A DNA stretch of 37,963 nt from Seison nebaliae (taxonomy: Eukaryota), in NCBI GenBank assembly GCA_023231475.1, contig JALJEE010000063.1, forward strand, positions 1 through 37,963. Reading direction: 5' to 3'. Position numbers and translations under genes: made by a program. Position 1 is the stretch's first letter. The number at the start of each line of letters is the position of its first letter. Of the stretch, positions 10,960 through 21,356 are shown in pieces. Under the pieces are notes generated by a model. That model searched no databases. It had not been told where the DNA came from and saw only the letters and a program-made list of their open reading frames with translations.

Positions 10960-13401
10960 GATTCTTCTGTTATTTCAATGAATTTCATTTTATCGTTTCA
11001 TTTAATCGGAAATCGTATCGTCGAATTTGGAAAAATTATATTTAACAATCCTCTCATGTTGTTGTTCCATCACTCGAATTAAATGGAGAGAGTATAAATA
11101 ATTATGTTAAAGAGATTTCGTTCAATTCTTTCCCGATTTACCTCCAACCGACTGTCTGCGATAAAGTGGAAAGAATGATCATTTTAAACAGAATAATATC
11201 ATTTTGGACGAATTATGCAAATTGATTATCTCATTAGAAATGATTGGATTTATTTGGAGATGACATATAAAATAAGAGGTATCTCTTCCACAAAAATGAA
11301 AAGAATCTATAAAGAAATGTAAACGAGTCGAGAATTGAGAAAAGACTTCTATTTCACTGGCAATTTTCATTCACTTCCTTATTCACTCATTTTTCTATTG
11401 TTTGTTTGTGAGAACACATAAAGAAAATTGACGGGACCCACACAACAATTGAAAGAAATGTTATCAAAAGAACATAAAATTTATATCTTCCGTTTGACCT
11501 TCATTCACAACAAATTATTCATATCAGATGGATAAATGTCATTACTATTCAAATAATTTACAAATCCTTTTTATTTTTACATTCTAAAATATTCTCAGTT
11601 TCAAGCAATGAAACTTTCATTATAATTTACATTATCTTCTATTATTTACGAATTATTCGATAACAATTTTATGCAACATTAAATGAATTTTTTTTCTGTT
11701 GACAATAAAAACGTATCAGATGAGATATGAATAAATAAAATAAACTGATAATAAAATGGAGGAGGGGAAGTTGATAGTAGGGAAATAATCGATAAACAAT
11801 GGGGTTTTGGAAAATGGCTAAAAAAAATGTCCATTTGAAACGAGATAAATTGAGAAGGAAATAAATGTTTTTTATTTATTTTAATGAGAACTTTCCGTTG
11901 AATGAAAGTTCAACCAAGGATAAATCGGTATGGCTCTCGATGCCTCTCTACATTTGTGTGTGTGTATAGGCGAAATGAGTGAATGAAGAAGGAAGTTATT
12001 ACATAGAGAAATACGTAAAACTAAACATAATGTTTCCAAATAAGATTTTCAATAAATAGAATTTATCTCTTCTGGTGTAGTTTAGCGAGTGGAAATCTAT
12101 TACCAGTCCAACTGAAGCTTAACTACGTAAACATTTTCGATAAGATATTTCAAATAGAATTAACAGAAATCTGGTGAGATGTTCTCTCACATTTCTTATC
12201 TAAATCAGTTCTAATTAATTCATACTTCTCACATCCGAATCTGATGATTAGATACTTTGGTGCATCAAAGTGATGATGTTTTCATCATTTTATAAGAAGA
12301 GGAAACATTTAAAAAAGGAAAATTAATTAAAATGGGAATTGTCCATTTGTGATGGGGAGGGTGGGAAGGCATCATTCTAATAATAATTTTCTACGTATTT
12401 TCTAACGTGTTTCTTTTATTCTGATTAAATGTTGAACTCTCCATCATCGATGGAATATCCATACATCTGCCATCAGAATATCAGAGCATGCCAATACTAT
12501 ATGATGAGATACACAATAGGATTCATACAGTTAGTCGTCTAATGACAAGAACGACTGAAAAAGGCGAGAGAACAAATGGGAGAACTGTATTCGCAAAGTG
12601 TTCTGTTATCTTCTCTTAATTTACTTCGTATTTACTATCTCCATCTACCAGGAATTCTTGTCTCTTTTCATGATGAACCTTATTTATTTTTAGTTTTTTC
12701 TCTCTCTTCTCTCTAATCATTCGAACTCCTTTCATTTCACATTTCTCCAATTTAATTCACTCTCCATTTTGAGAAGAAATGATCATTCAGTTTACCGTCT
12801 TCCTTTCTCCTCCTCTCAATAAAAAGATTTATGAAGAGGATTAAATTTATCTATATATCATTGCCATATCATCAAAAAGAACTAGATAAATGATTATTAT
12901 ACTTTTCTCTATATACAAAAACATGAATTAGAACACTAATAATAATGAGGAGAAAGTCGATTTTCTAATTTAACAAAACTTCTTCTATCCAAACTACTAC
13001 GACTACTAAAATCTTTTGGATTGAGCAAATGTTACAGGAGGTCATTTCTAGCTAAGTAACCATCAAGATATATTCTATGTCTATCTCAAGATCATGAACA
13101 GACATTGAATTCATGTTTATCCGTCATCTACCAGAATGCATAAATTGCATTTCCTAATTGATTTCCATTATTCAACATTTAAGTTTGAATATCTTTCATT
13201 AATTTCAATTGAGGATTAAAGAAAATAAATCGTATTATTTTAGCTCATTCTTACATTTCGGTTATACAAAAGAAAGTTAGTGGACAAAACAAAAAAAAAA
13301 GAAACTTTTAAAACGTACTAAAATTTGGTTGAAAAAGAATCAGGAAAAAATAAATGAAATATTTAATCCACGAACGAAATTTATTAAAAAAAAGAAATTA
13401 A

Positions 13402-13782
13402 TTATACAAAGTTTGATTTAGACATCATTGGACAAGTTTTCTGATGACGCACTAACGATTGATGATGCTGATAGTCTTTATTACAAAAAACACATAGATA
13501 ACGTTCACTTCGATGTTTATCTAAATGATTACGAAGAGTACTGATATTATAGAATCTCTTTCGGCAAATAGCGCAACTAATATCTTTCTTTTTAAATTGA
13601 CGACGCTCTGTCGTTTCTGTTTGTGTGTAAGAATGTTCAGCTGAACATTTCCCGTTCACATTCCATGATAAACACGATTTGCATATCGATATTTTCCATT
13701 CATAATGAGCATTTACAAGATGATTAACATATTGTTTCAGATTAATAAATCCGTCCAATCCACATAATGTACATCTTGTCAT
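13402..13782 (-). CDS. small C2H2 zinc-finger protein (126 aa, single exon)
   Basis: CTLC..HLVNAH, CAIC..F.....L..HLDKH and CVFC..Y.....L..HQKTC fingers. Confidence 0.85.
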   Translation of the reverse strand: MTRCTLCGLDGFINLKQYVNHLVNAHYEWKISICKSCLSWNVNGKCSAEHSYTQTETTERRQFKKKDISCAICRKRFYNISTLRNHLDKHRSERYLCVFCNKDYQHHQSLVRHQKTCPMMSKSNFV

Positions 13783-13931
13783 TTTAAAATAATCGACTCA
13801 ATTGCCTTGCTGGCCACCACTTCCTCAATTGAAATTTATATTTTCTATTTTGATCTACGAGGAAGAAAAGTAAATAATTTTGAAGCTTCGTAATTTTTTG
13901 GTAATTTCAGTTTTATATTTTTCTAACAACG
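13783..13931. promoter_or_regulatory. putative bidirectional promoter between the zinc-finger gene and ADCK5-like
   Basis: Only 149 bp separate the divergent ATGs. It contains a local GC patch and two opposed ETS-like cores (CACTTCCT about 13819-13826, AGGAAG 13860-13865). Confidence 0.5.
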
Positions 13932-16032
13932 ATGCTTCAGAACAATAAATTTCGTCTAGTTGCCTTTGGAACAGTAATTGGTGGCAGTCTCATTACTTAT
14001 CATAATAGAAATAATCAAACATTTTCTTCCATCGGAAGATTAGTTCGAACAGCAACTATTGGAATCACATTAGAACTGGATTACCAAAAAACAAAATATA
14101 TTTCACGAAATCTGAGTAAAGAAGTTTCTTTCATTTTTCTTTGATTTTCCAACGAGATAAAAAATTTGAAATTTGTTTGAAAAAATTTTTTTTTAAAATT
14201 TGTAACAAAATCAGAAATCGGATGAATTATTCGAAGAATACTTTCAACGAGCAGGAACACGAGTTCGAGATACATGCATAAGAAATGGAGGAGTCTATAT
14301 AAAACTTGGACAAGGCCTCGCCACATTCAACCAAATGTTTCCACGAACTTTCATTTCAACATTAAGCCAATTAAATGATCGAGCTTTTCAACAAACCCCA
14401 AATAAAGTTTTCCATTTCTTAACTTATTCTTCTTCATTTTTCAGATTGATCAATTGTTTAGGAAACAATTCAATTGTTCACCGACTGATCTATTTCAAGA
14501 ATGGAATGACAAACCGATCGCTGCTGCTTCATTGGCTCAAGTCTATGAAGCGACGACGTTTAAGGACGAAAAAGTAGCGGTGAAAGTTTTGGAAATTAAA
14601 ATTTAGAATGAAAAAAATTATTTGAAATATTTTTGAGGTTCAATATTTCGATTTATTGGAACGATTTCCGTCGGATATGAAAACAGTGGAATTATTATTA
14701 AAATTCATAGAATATGTCCATCCGAAATTTGGATTTTCTTGGGTCGTCAATGTTTAAATTGAATTCGATGGGATAATTAAAATAATTTCTATTTGGAAGA
14801 TAATTCGAAGGAAATTGGAATTGGAAATGGATTTTCTCAATGAAGGAAACAATTGTGAACGTTGTGGTCGAGAATTGGGACATCTTCATTATTTGAGAGT
14901 ACCAAAAATATATTGGAATTATAGTACAAAAGTTGAGAGGATTTTCGACTTTTTAAAATTTTTTTTTGTTTTCAGAGAATTCTGACGATGGAATATATTG
15001 ATGGAATTAAAATCGATGATGTGCATATGTTAAAGAAAGAGGATTTCTCATTAAAAGATGTTAAGATTCCAATTTCCAATTAATTAACGATGTTTGACGA
15101 TTAGATTGGAGAGAAGATCGTACGAATTTTTGGAGAACAGATTTTTTCTACAGGCAATGTTCACGCAGATCCACATCCTGGTAATGGTTCTTATCTTTTT
15201 TTTATTATTAACTTTTTGTCGATTAAATAAAATTCTTAAAAATTTATTTTCATTCATTTTTTCTTTCCTAAAATTTATTTGAATTTTTGTTCTTAAAAGT
15301 TTTTGTGCGAAGAAATGAAGATCATCGAACCGAAATCGTTTTATTGGATCATGGATTATACGAGCACATCAATGAAACGTTGAGAATTGATCTTTGTCAT
15401 TTTTGGAAATCGATTGTTGAAAGAGATTTAGTGGAAATGGAAAAATATTCGAGGAAATTAGGAGTCGAAGGTTTTTTTACTTTTAAGAATTTATGGAAAT
15501 CAATTAAAAAAACTTTGAAGAATATCGATTATTTGCTGAAACGTTATTTATGAGACCGTTATATCTGGATAATAAATCGAAAATAATGAATGATATGAAC
15601 AAAATGACAAAAGAAGAAATTGAATTAGTGAAGATGCAAGCACAAGAAAATTTCGATATTATTATGAATCGTCTATTAAAAGTGATGCCATTGGAATTAT
15701 TATTAGTATTTAGAAATTTGAATATTGTTCGTTCGATAGTTCGAAAGTATGATGCAGGAATTAATCGTCATATAGAATTGGGGAAAATGTTTAAAATTTT
15801 TCTTCGAATTTCCTTTTCACATTCTCTTTCCAGTGCCATAAATAGTTTAACTGATAATGTATCGCCTTATTTTTGGGATAGACTACGACAATTGATCAAT
15901 ATTCAACGATATTATTGTTTGTTATACATCGATTGGATTCGAGTGAAAATGATGAGTAATCTCATTTTCTTAATGTTCAAATTCAATTTAATTTCGAAAG
16001 AATTATATAGATTGTGGATAAGTATTCTATAA
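13932..16032 (+). CDS. ADCK5: ABC1/aarF (UbiB) atypical kinase, ADCK5-like; 10 exons
   Basis: NGGVYIKLGQGL, PIAAASLAQVY, VAVKVQY, EMDFLNEGNNCERC, HADPHPGNVFVR, LLDHGLY and YRLFAETLFMRP are restored by introns 14124-14214, 14407-14444, 14586-14637, 14752-14799, 14932-14975, 15060-15104, 15187-15299, 15471-15520 and 15789-15833. KLGQGL favours ADCK5 over ADCK1. Confidence 0.88.
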
Positions 16033-16139
16033 GTTCGAAGAAGAATATTATTATTTTCTCAAATTTCATCTTTAATAATCACCCACAAATTTTTAATTTA
16101 TATTCATTCTGATAATTTTACCATTAAATTTTCCATGAA

Positions 16140-17756
16140 ATGTTTTCAATTAAAATTTCTCTTGTAGATTTTTCTCTTTTGCAAATGAAGAAAGTTAGGA
16201 ATCTACAATCACTTCTTAAAGAAGTCATCAAAAATAATGGTCCGATAACAATTTCTAGTTATATGAAACAATGTTTATTTCATCCAACATTAGTTTCCAT
16301 CTATTTCTTTCTTCTATTTCTCTCACTAATGCTTTGATATCTAAGGGATTCTATTCGAGTCAGAAAGAAGTTTTTGGAAAACATTTTATAACTTCACCGG
16401 AATTAAATTCAATTTTTGGAGAAGTTTCCACTTATTTCGTTGTATCTTCTTTCTTCTATTTTTAGATTGTCAGTGTTTATTTAGCAAATGAGTATAAGAA
16501 GTTGAATGGGAAGGCAGCAGATGAAATTCATTTAATTGAATTGGGACCAGGTCGAGGAGTTCTGATGAATGATATCCTCAAAACACTTCCCCCTCTTATT
16601 GGAAGAAATGGGGATATTAATGTTCATTTGGTGGAGAAGAGTGGGAATTTACAAAATGTTCAAAAGAAATTGTTTTCAAAAGTTCTTCCACTTAAAAACT
16701 TTTCATTTTTCCCACTTATTCATTGATAGTTAGAGAATGGGAATATATCACTTCGTAATGTTAAATCAATTAATTGGTATGAAGATGTAAAAGGTCTTCC
16801 CAATTTCAAATCTGATCAGTTAAATCGTTTAATTCTCGTTGTGGCAAATGAATATTTAGATGCATTACCAATAAATATAATTATCGTTTATAATATAATT
16901 TTATAAAATTATTTTTTTTTAAATTTTTTTATTAGAAAGATGATAATAAATGGAATGAACTTGCAATTGGTCTAAATAGAAAGTCGGAAAAATTGGAATT
17001 TGTACAAAATCGAAAAATCTCTTTATCCATACCTCAATATTTCCAGGTGAATTCAATTTAGTTTTAACCATTTTCATATTTGTAAAGTTTATTGAGAATA
17101 TGAAAGAGAAGAAGTATATAGAAATAATGAGTGAATCTTTGGGAATGATAGAGGAACTGATAAAGAAATGTTTCATTCATTCAAATATCCGTTCAAGTTG
17201 TTTGTTTATCGATTATGGACACGATGGTGATAAAGTCGATACATTTCGAGTTTGTTCATTCGTTTTCCTATTGATTCTAACTATTTTTTATGTCTCTTAT
17301 TCATGTTTTCTATTTGGTAATTCGATTCGATATGGGGAACAACAACGATAACAGGCGTATCATGAAAATAAACAAATAAGTCCTTTAGAAAAATGCGGCG
17401 AATGCGACTTGACGGCTGATGTGGATTTCTCACAAATTCGTCAATTGATTCTTCAGAACACCAAAAAAGGTTTTTGTGCGTTTTCATTCGACTTGAACGT
17501 CCCACAATTTTGAGCAGTTGTTACTAATGTGGAAGTTTCCAATCTTGAATCACAAAAGGATTTTCTTTGTCGATTCGGTCTAATCGATCGAACGAGAATT
17601 TTAATGAGAGAAGAGACATCGAAGAAAAAAAAGAATTCTCTATTGAATACAATTGAAACGTTCCTTCATCCGGATAAGATGGGAACTCGATTTAAAATAT
17701 TCACATTTCGAAGTCGGATCAAATCACTAAATCGACAATCGACTAGTGAAAATTAA
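16140..17756 (+). CDS. NDUFAF7: mitochondrial protein arginine methyltransferase / complex I assembly factor NDUFAF7 (MidA); 8 exons, start uncertain
   Basis: GPITISSYMKQCLFHP..GFY, FITSPELNSIFGE, IELGPGRGVLMNDIL, ANEYLDALP, IDYGH, DLTADVDF, MGTRFK. Introns 16293-16345, 16424-16465, 16682-16729, 16886-16935, 17047-17087, 17250-17354 and 17470-17517. Confidence 0.92.
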
Positions 17757-19435
17757 GTGGATTTAATGAATCTTTTCCTGTCTCTAATCCGAGATAAATG
17801 TTAATGAAAAGATAAATATTATTTATCTGTTTAACAAAATCACAAGATGATGGTTGTGGACAAGAAAGAAAGATGAAGTAAATGAAACAAATTCACAATA
17901 TTCATTTATTTACGAATTCGTTTCATGTTTATTTCATTTTATAAAATTTATTTTCATTTTTGAATTCTTGTCAATTCATATTTGGAGGAAAACTCATTAC
18001 TCATTCTAATCATAAGGAGATGTAGTAAAACGGGAGGAAAATGTTGTCTTGTTTAAACTCAAGTAATCATAGTAATAGTTAGGGAAGTTCTAGTATTAGT
18101 ATTCGTCGAACAGTAACCGCTAGTGGGAATATTGAGGGAAGTTATAGTATTGGTACTATTTGAAGAGTCAACCGTATTAGACGTATTGTCGTATTCGAAG
18201 GATAGTGGCAAATAGTACGAGTTGGTAATAGTAGTTGATGATAAAAGACAGAAGAGTCGAACGGAAACAAAAGATCGGAGGAGAATAGGAAACGGAAGTT
18301 TTGTAACTATTCGCTGCCATTTTTTTAACGTCGATTCTCGTCTTTATTTTCCCCATTTCTCTCCCATTAATTTCCGATAGACGTAATTTATGAACTTCGT
18401 GTGCGATCTAAATTTCATAACATCATTCAACATGTGTCACTTACATCAGCTGAAGATAAACGTTTTAACATGATGTTAATAAATCAATTAAAATGAGGAA
18501 GAATTTGAATGTTCATCATCATCATCATCATCGTCATTATTACGGATGATATGGCGTCCATATTCTTTTATATGGGAATTTCTTGTTATAAAATCGATAT
18601 ATTGCAACCACACGATTATACAACCGCTATTATGATCAATTGTTTCTGAATGAGTACTCATACGTGGTCACATAGAAACTTATTGACTGATCGATATCTC
18701 GGAAAAATTTATATAATAAAAGATATCTCGGATCGATTTTTAACACAGAATCATCACAGAGAAATCATTTTGATAGAAAATTAAGAAAGAAAAAAGAATG
18801 GTAATATTATAAAGAAATGATTCATTATGAGAAAACAGGTATACTAAACGTGATTGTTTAACATAGCTTTCTCTAATAATGTTAGTTGATTAGTTGAGAA
18901 ATTTTCATTATATTATCGAACATTAATCAATATCGGATTGATGATGACACAAACGAAGTAGTATTAAAAAGGAACAAAAGAAATGTTTAATACTTTAAAT
19001 TTTTTATATTTTTATTTGAAATCATATGAGAATGTTTATTCATTCGAATGTTTTTCTTCTTCTTTCTTTGATGGAGTCGGATGATGAGAAATAAAAGTTT
19101 CGTATAATTCATTTAATTTCTTGAGATGTCGATGTTTATTAATTCAAGAAACTATTTATTGGACATCGGCTATTTGTTGGCGAGTCCCTCTTTCTCTCTC
19201 TTTTGTGTCGTATTCAATAATCATATTAAGGAGAAATTTGTGTGTAATTCGTGTATAATGTCCCATCGATGTTCATTTGAGAATTGTGCAAAAGAAATCT
19301 TATTAAATGGAGCGTCGTTGAACTTTCGTCGATAAGAAAATTTATTAAGTTCGATAAAATTCGTACGTTCGTATCATGTTGCTTATCTGTCAATTTTTAA
19401 TGTTTATTTATAGGAACGAGTCAGTTACACGTTGG

Positions 19436-19631
19436 TGAGGTAGTAGTTGGAATAATAATTGATGATGAAGTGAACTCCTTGAGGTGGCGATAAGTGGAAC
19501 ATTGTGGAGATTTCTTAAAACGGTCAACCGTACCAATAATATGAGATACGTGACAATTCGGTTTGAGGATGAAATCGGAGACGACGTAGTCGTACACAAA
19601 AGAAGATGTATGTTCAATCATTATCCTCACT
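19436..19631 (+). ncRNA. candidate let-7-family pre-miRNA with a very long (about 150 nt) loop
   Basis: 19436-19448 TGAGGTAGTAGTT contains the let-7 5' sequence UGAGGUAGUAG. An extensively complementary arm, TATGTTCAATCATTATCCTCACT, lies at 19609-19631. The site is in a non-coding gap. Confidence 0.4.
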
Positions 19632-20922
19632 ATTTATTCAATCTTTTTCGATTGGAGATAAACTTTCTTTTTCAGGTGAAGCTAATCCTTAACTCTATTT
19701 ATTTCTATTTCTCATCACTTCAATCATGTCTAAATGTAGAATATCGATCAACTAATTAATTTCTTTTTTTTCTTCTCCGTCCAAAAATATTTATACTTCT
19801 AATAGATAAAATTAGATGAATTCGAATTGATAGGAAATTGATATTCTCTTCAAAAATATAAGAAATTCGGGAAATACATAGTATTGTAGATAATATCATT
19901 TTCCTTTCATTTGCTCGTTGTGGAATATGTTAATATTGAACTTTATTGTTTTGAGAAGAAATTGAAGAGAATATAATTGTTTATTATTATTAGACGAAAG
20001 ATTGTTTTCCTTTTCAGATATCTTTCAGAGAGAATATATTCGGAACATATGTTCCGAACAATTCCTTACCCGATACTCCCTTACCTCCACGATAGTCGAG
20101 GAGATGGAACTACCAATAATACTAAATTGTTATACTTATTCAAATTTATATAATTATTTTCTCGTTATACAGTACTACACCCGCCCATTCCCATTCCCAT
20201 TCTCATTCCCAATCCAATATTATTTGTATTTAATATAGTAGTATGGAAACTTTTATATTTTGTCTAATCGGAAGTCTCAATCTGATTAGCGATATGATGT
20301 CGAATAGTAAATGGAATGAATGGGAAACATCCCTGAAACAGGGTCTTGATTAATTAGTTAGATTGAATAGACGAAGATTAGCAATAGTAAAAATAAGATT
20401 TTAATCGAACGGTTAACCTTCTTCTACGATTAAATTAAATTGGTTTAATTTTTATGACTATTCAATTTGGCGTCCGGGACGAACTGAAAGGAAAGAAAAT
20501 TACCAAGTATTCTCTTCTTATACTTTTCTTATTGTTGTTGTCTGTTATGTTTGAATGTTGATTTATGAATATTTTTATGTATCACTCAAAACCATATCGA
20601 TCCAAAGGAAACGATAATAATTCTGAGCAGAAATCTTTCGCATTCTTCTCCTTCATTTCCAAACGGGATGCAAATTTTGTTTCATTAATTAGTGTTTTCT
20701 TTGGACGTCAAATAATCTACTTCTAAATGTCGTTAGTGTTGTTGAAAAATAATAGTAGTCTAATTACGTATTAATATGAATTCGTTACAACATTATGATA
20801 ACTCTATATTATAGAGTCTATAATCAACCAATAGATGGACTAACTGAAAAATATTGATATTGAGATATGGAAATTAAGTTTTTTCCCTTATTTATTATAT
20901 CAACAAATTATCAAATTATTAG

Positions 20923-20949
20923 GTTGTTGTTGTTGTTGTTGTTGTTGTT
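20923..20949. repeat. (GTT)9 microsatellite
   Basis: Nine perfect GTT units about 400 bp upstream of the ATG at 21357. Confidence 0.95.
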
Positions 20950-21356
20950 GTCATTGTTTTTCTTAGTCATATTAGCTACTTCGATTTCTTTATTTTGTTT
21001 ATAAATTCACTATTCTCTATTTAGTCGCTATTATTCTCTTCCAACTAGTACTTCTAATTTTCTTTGTAGAGATCTAACAAATATTAAGAAGTTTGCGGTT
21101 AGCAAATTGTGTAAGTGAACGAGTTGCATAAAATTTCGTTAAGGAGATGATGTGTGGTTGATTATGCAGAATTCTACTTTCTAGGTTAATAAGTTAGATG
21201 AGATGTTGGTAAAACTTCACTTTACTTTTCCTGAAGTTCTTTATGACTACCGGAAAAAATTTCTATTTTTCAATTTCATAAGTTCTCCCGAAAGAAATTC
21301 TTGAAAAACATATTCATTCTTATTCTTTCCTCTTTCCATCACAATTAGATGATATT

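Noticed and set aside
12241..12510. Box C-like TGATGA motifs suggesting C/D snoRNAs
   Set aside because: No properly spaced D box with a terminal stem or recognisable rRNA antisense element; TGATGA is common in this composition.
14124..14214. Three introns of exactly 91 nt (14124-14214, 28665-28755, 30764-30674), about twice the modal length, suggesting recursive splicing or microexons
   Set aside because: None has an AG|GT at the midpoint, and the candidate 15-nt microexon in the SDR intron would introduce a stop. With n=3 this is compatible with chance.
18059..18345. About 95-codon minus-strand open frame rich in Ser/Thr/Asn
   Set aside because: No start codon or motif; explained by ACT/AAT triplet-like low complexity.
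18634..18777. mir-2-like seed (CATCACAG near 18753) with a partial upstream complement
   Set aside because: Only a 7-mer match, expected by chance in a gap of this size; the duplex is heavily bulged and no mir-71 was found.
19408..19759. Overlapping 69-91 aa ORFs on both strands
   Set aside because: No recognisable domains or consistent exon chain; the non-coding interpretation fits at least as well.
20186..20326. mir-1-like TGGAATG pairing with an upstream CATTCC tract
   Set aside because: Low-complexity (CATTCC)n pairing, a mismatch at seed position 8, and no mir-133 nearby.
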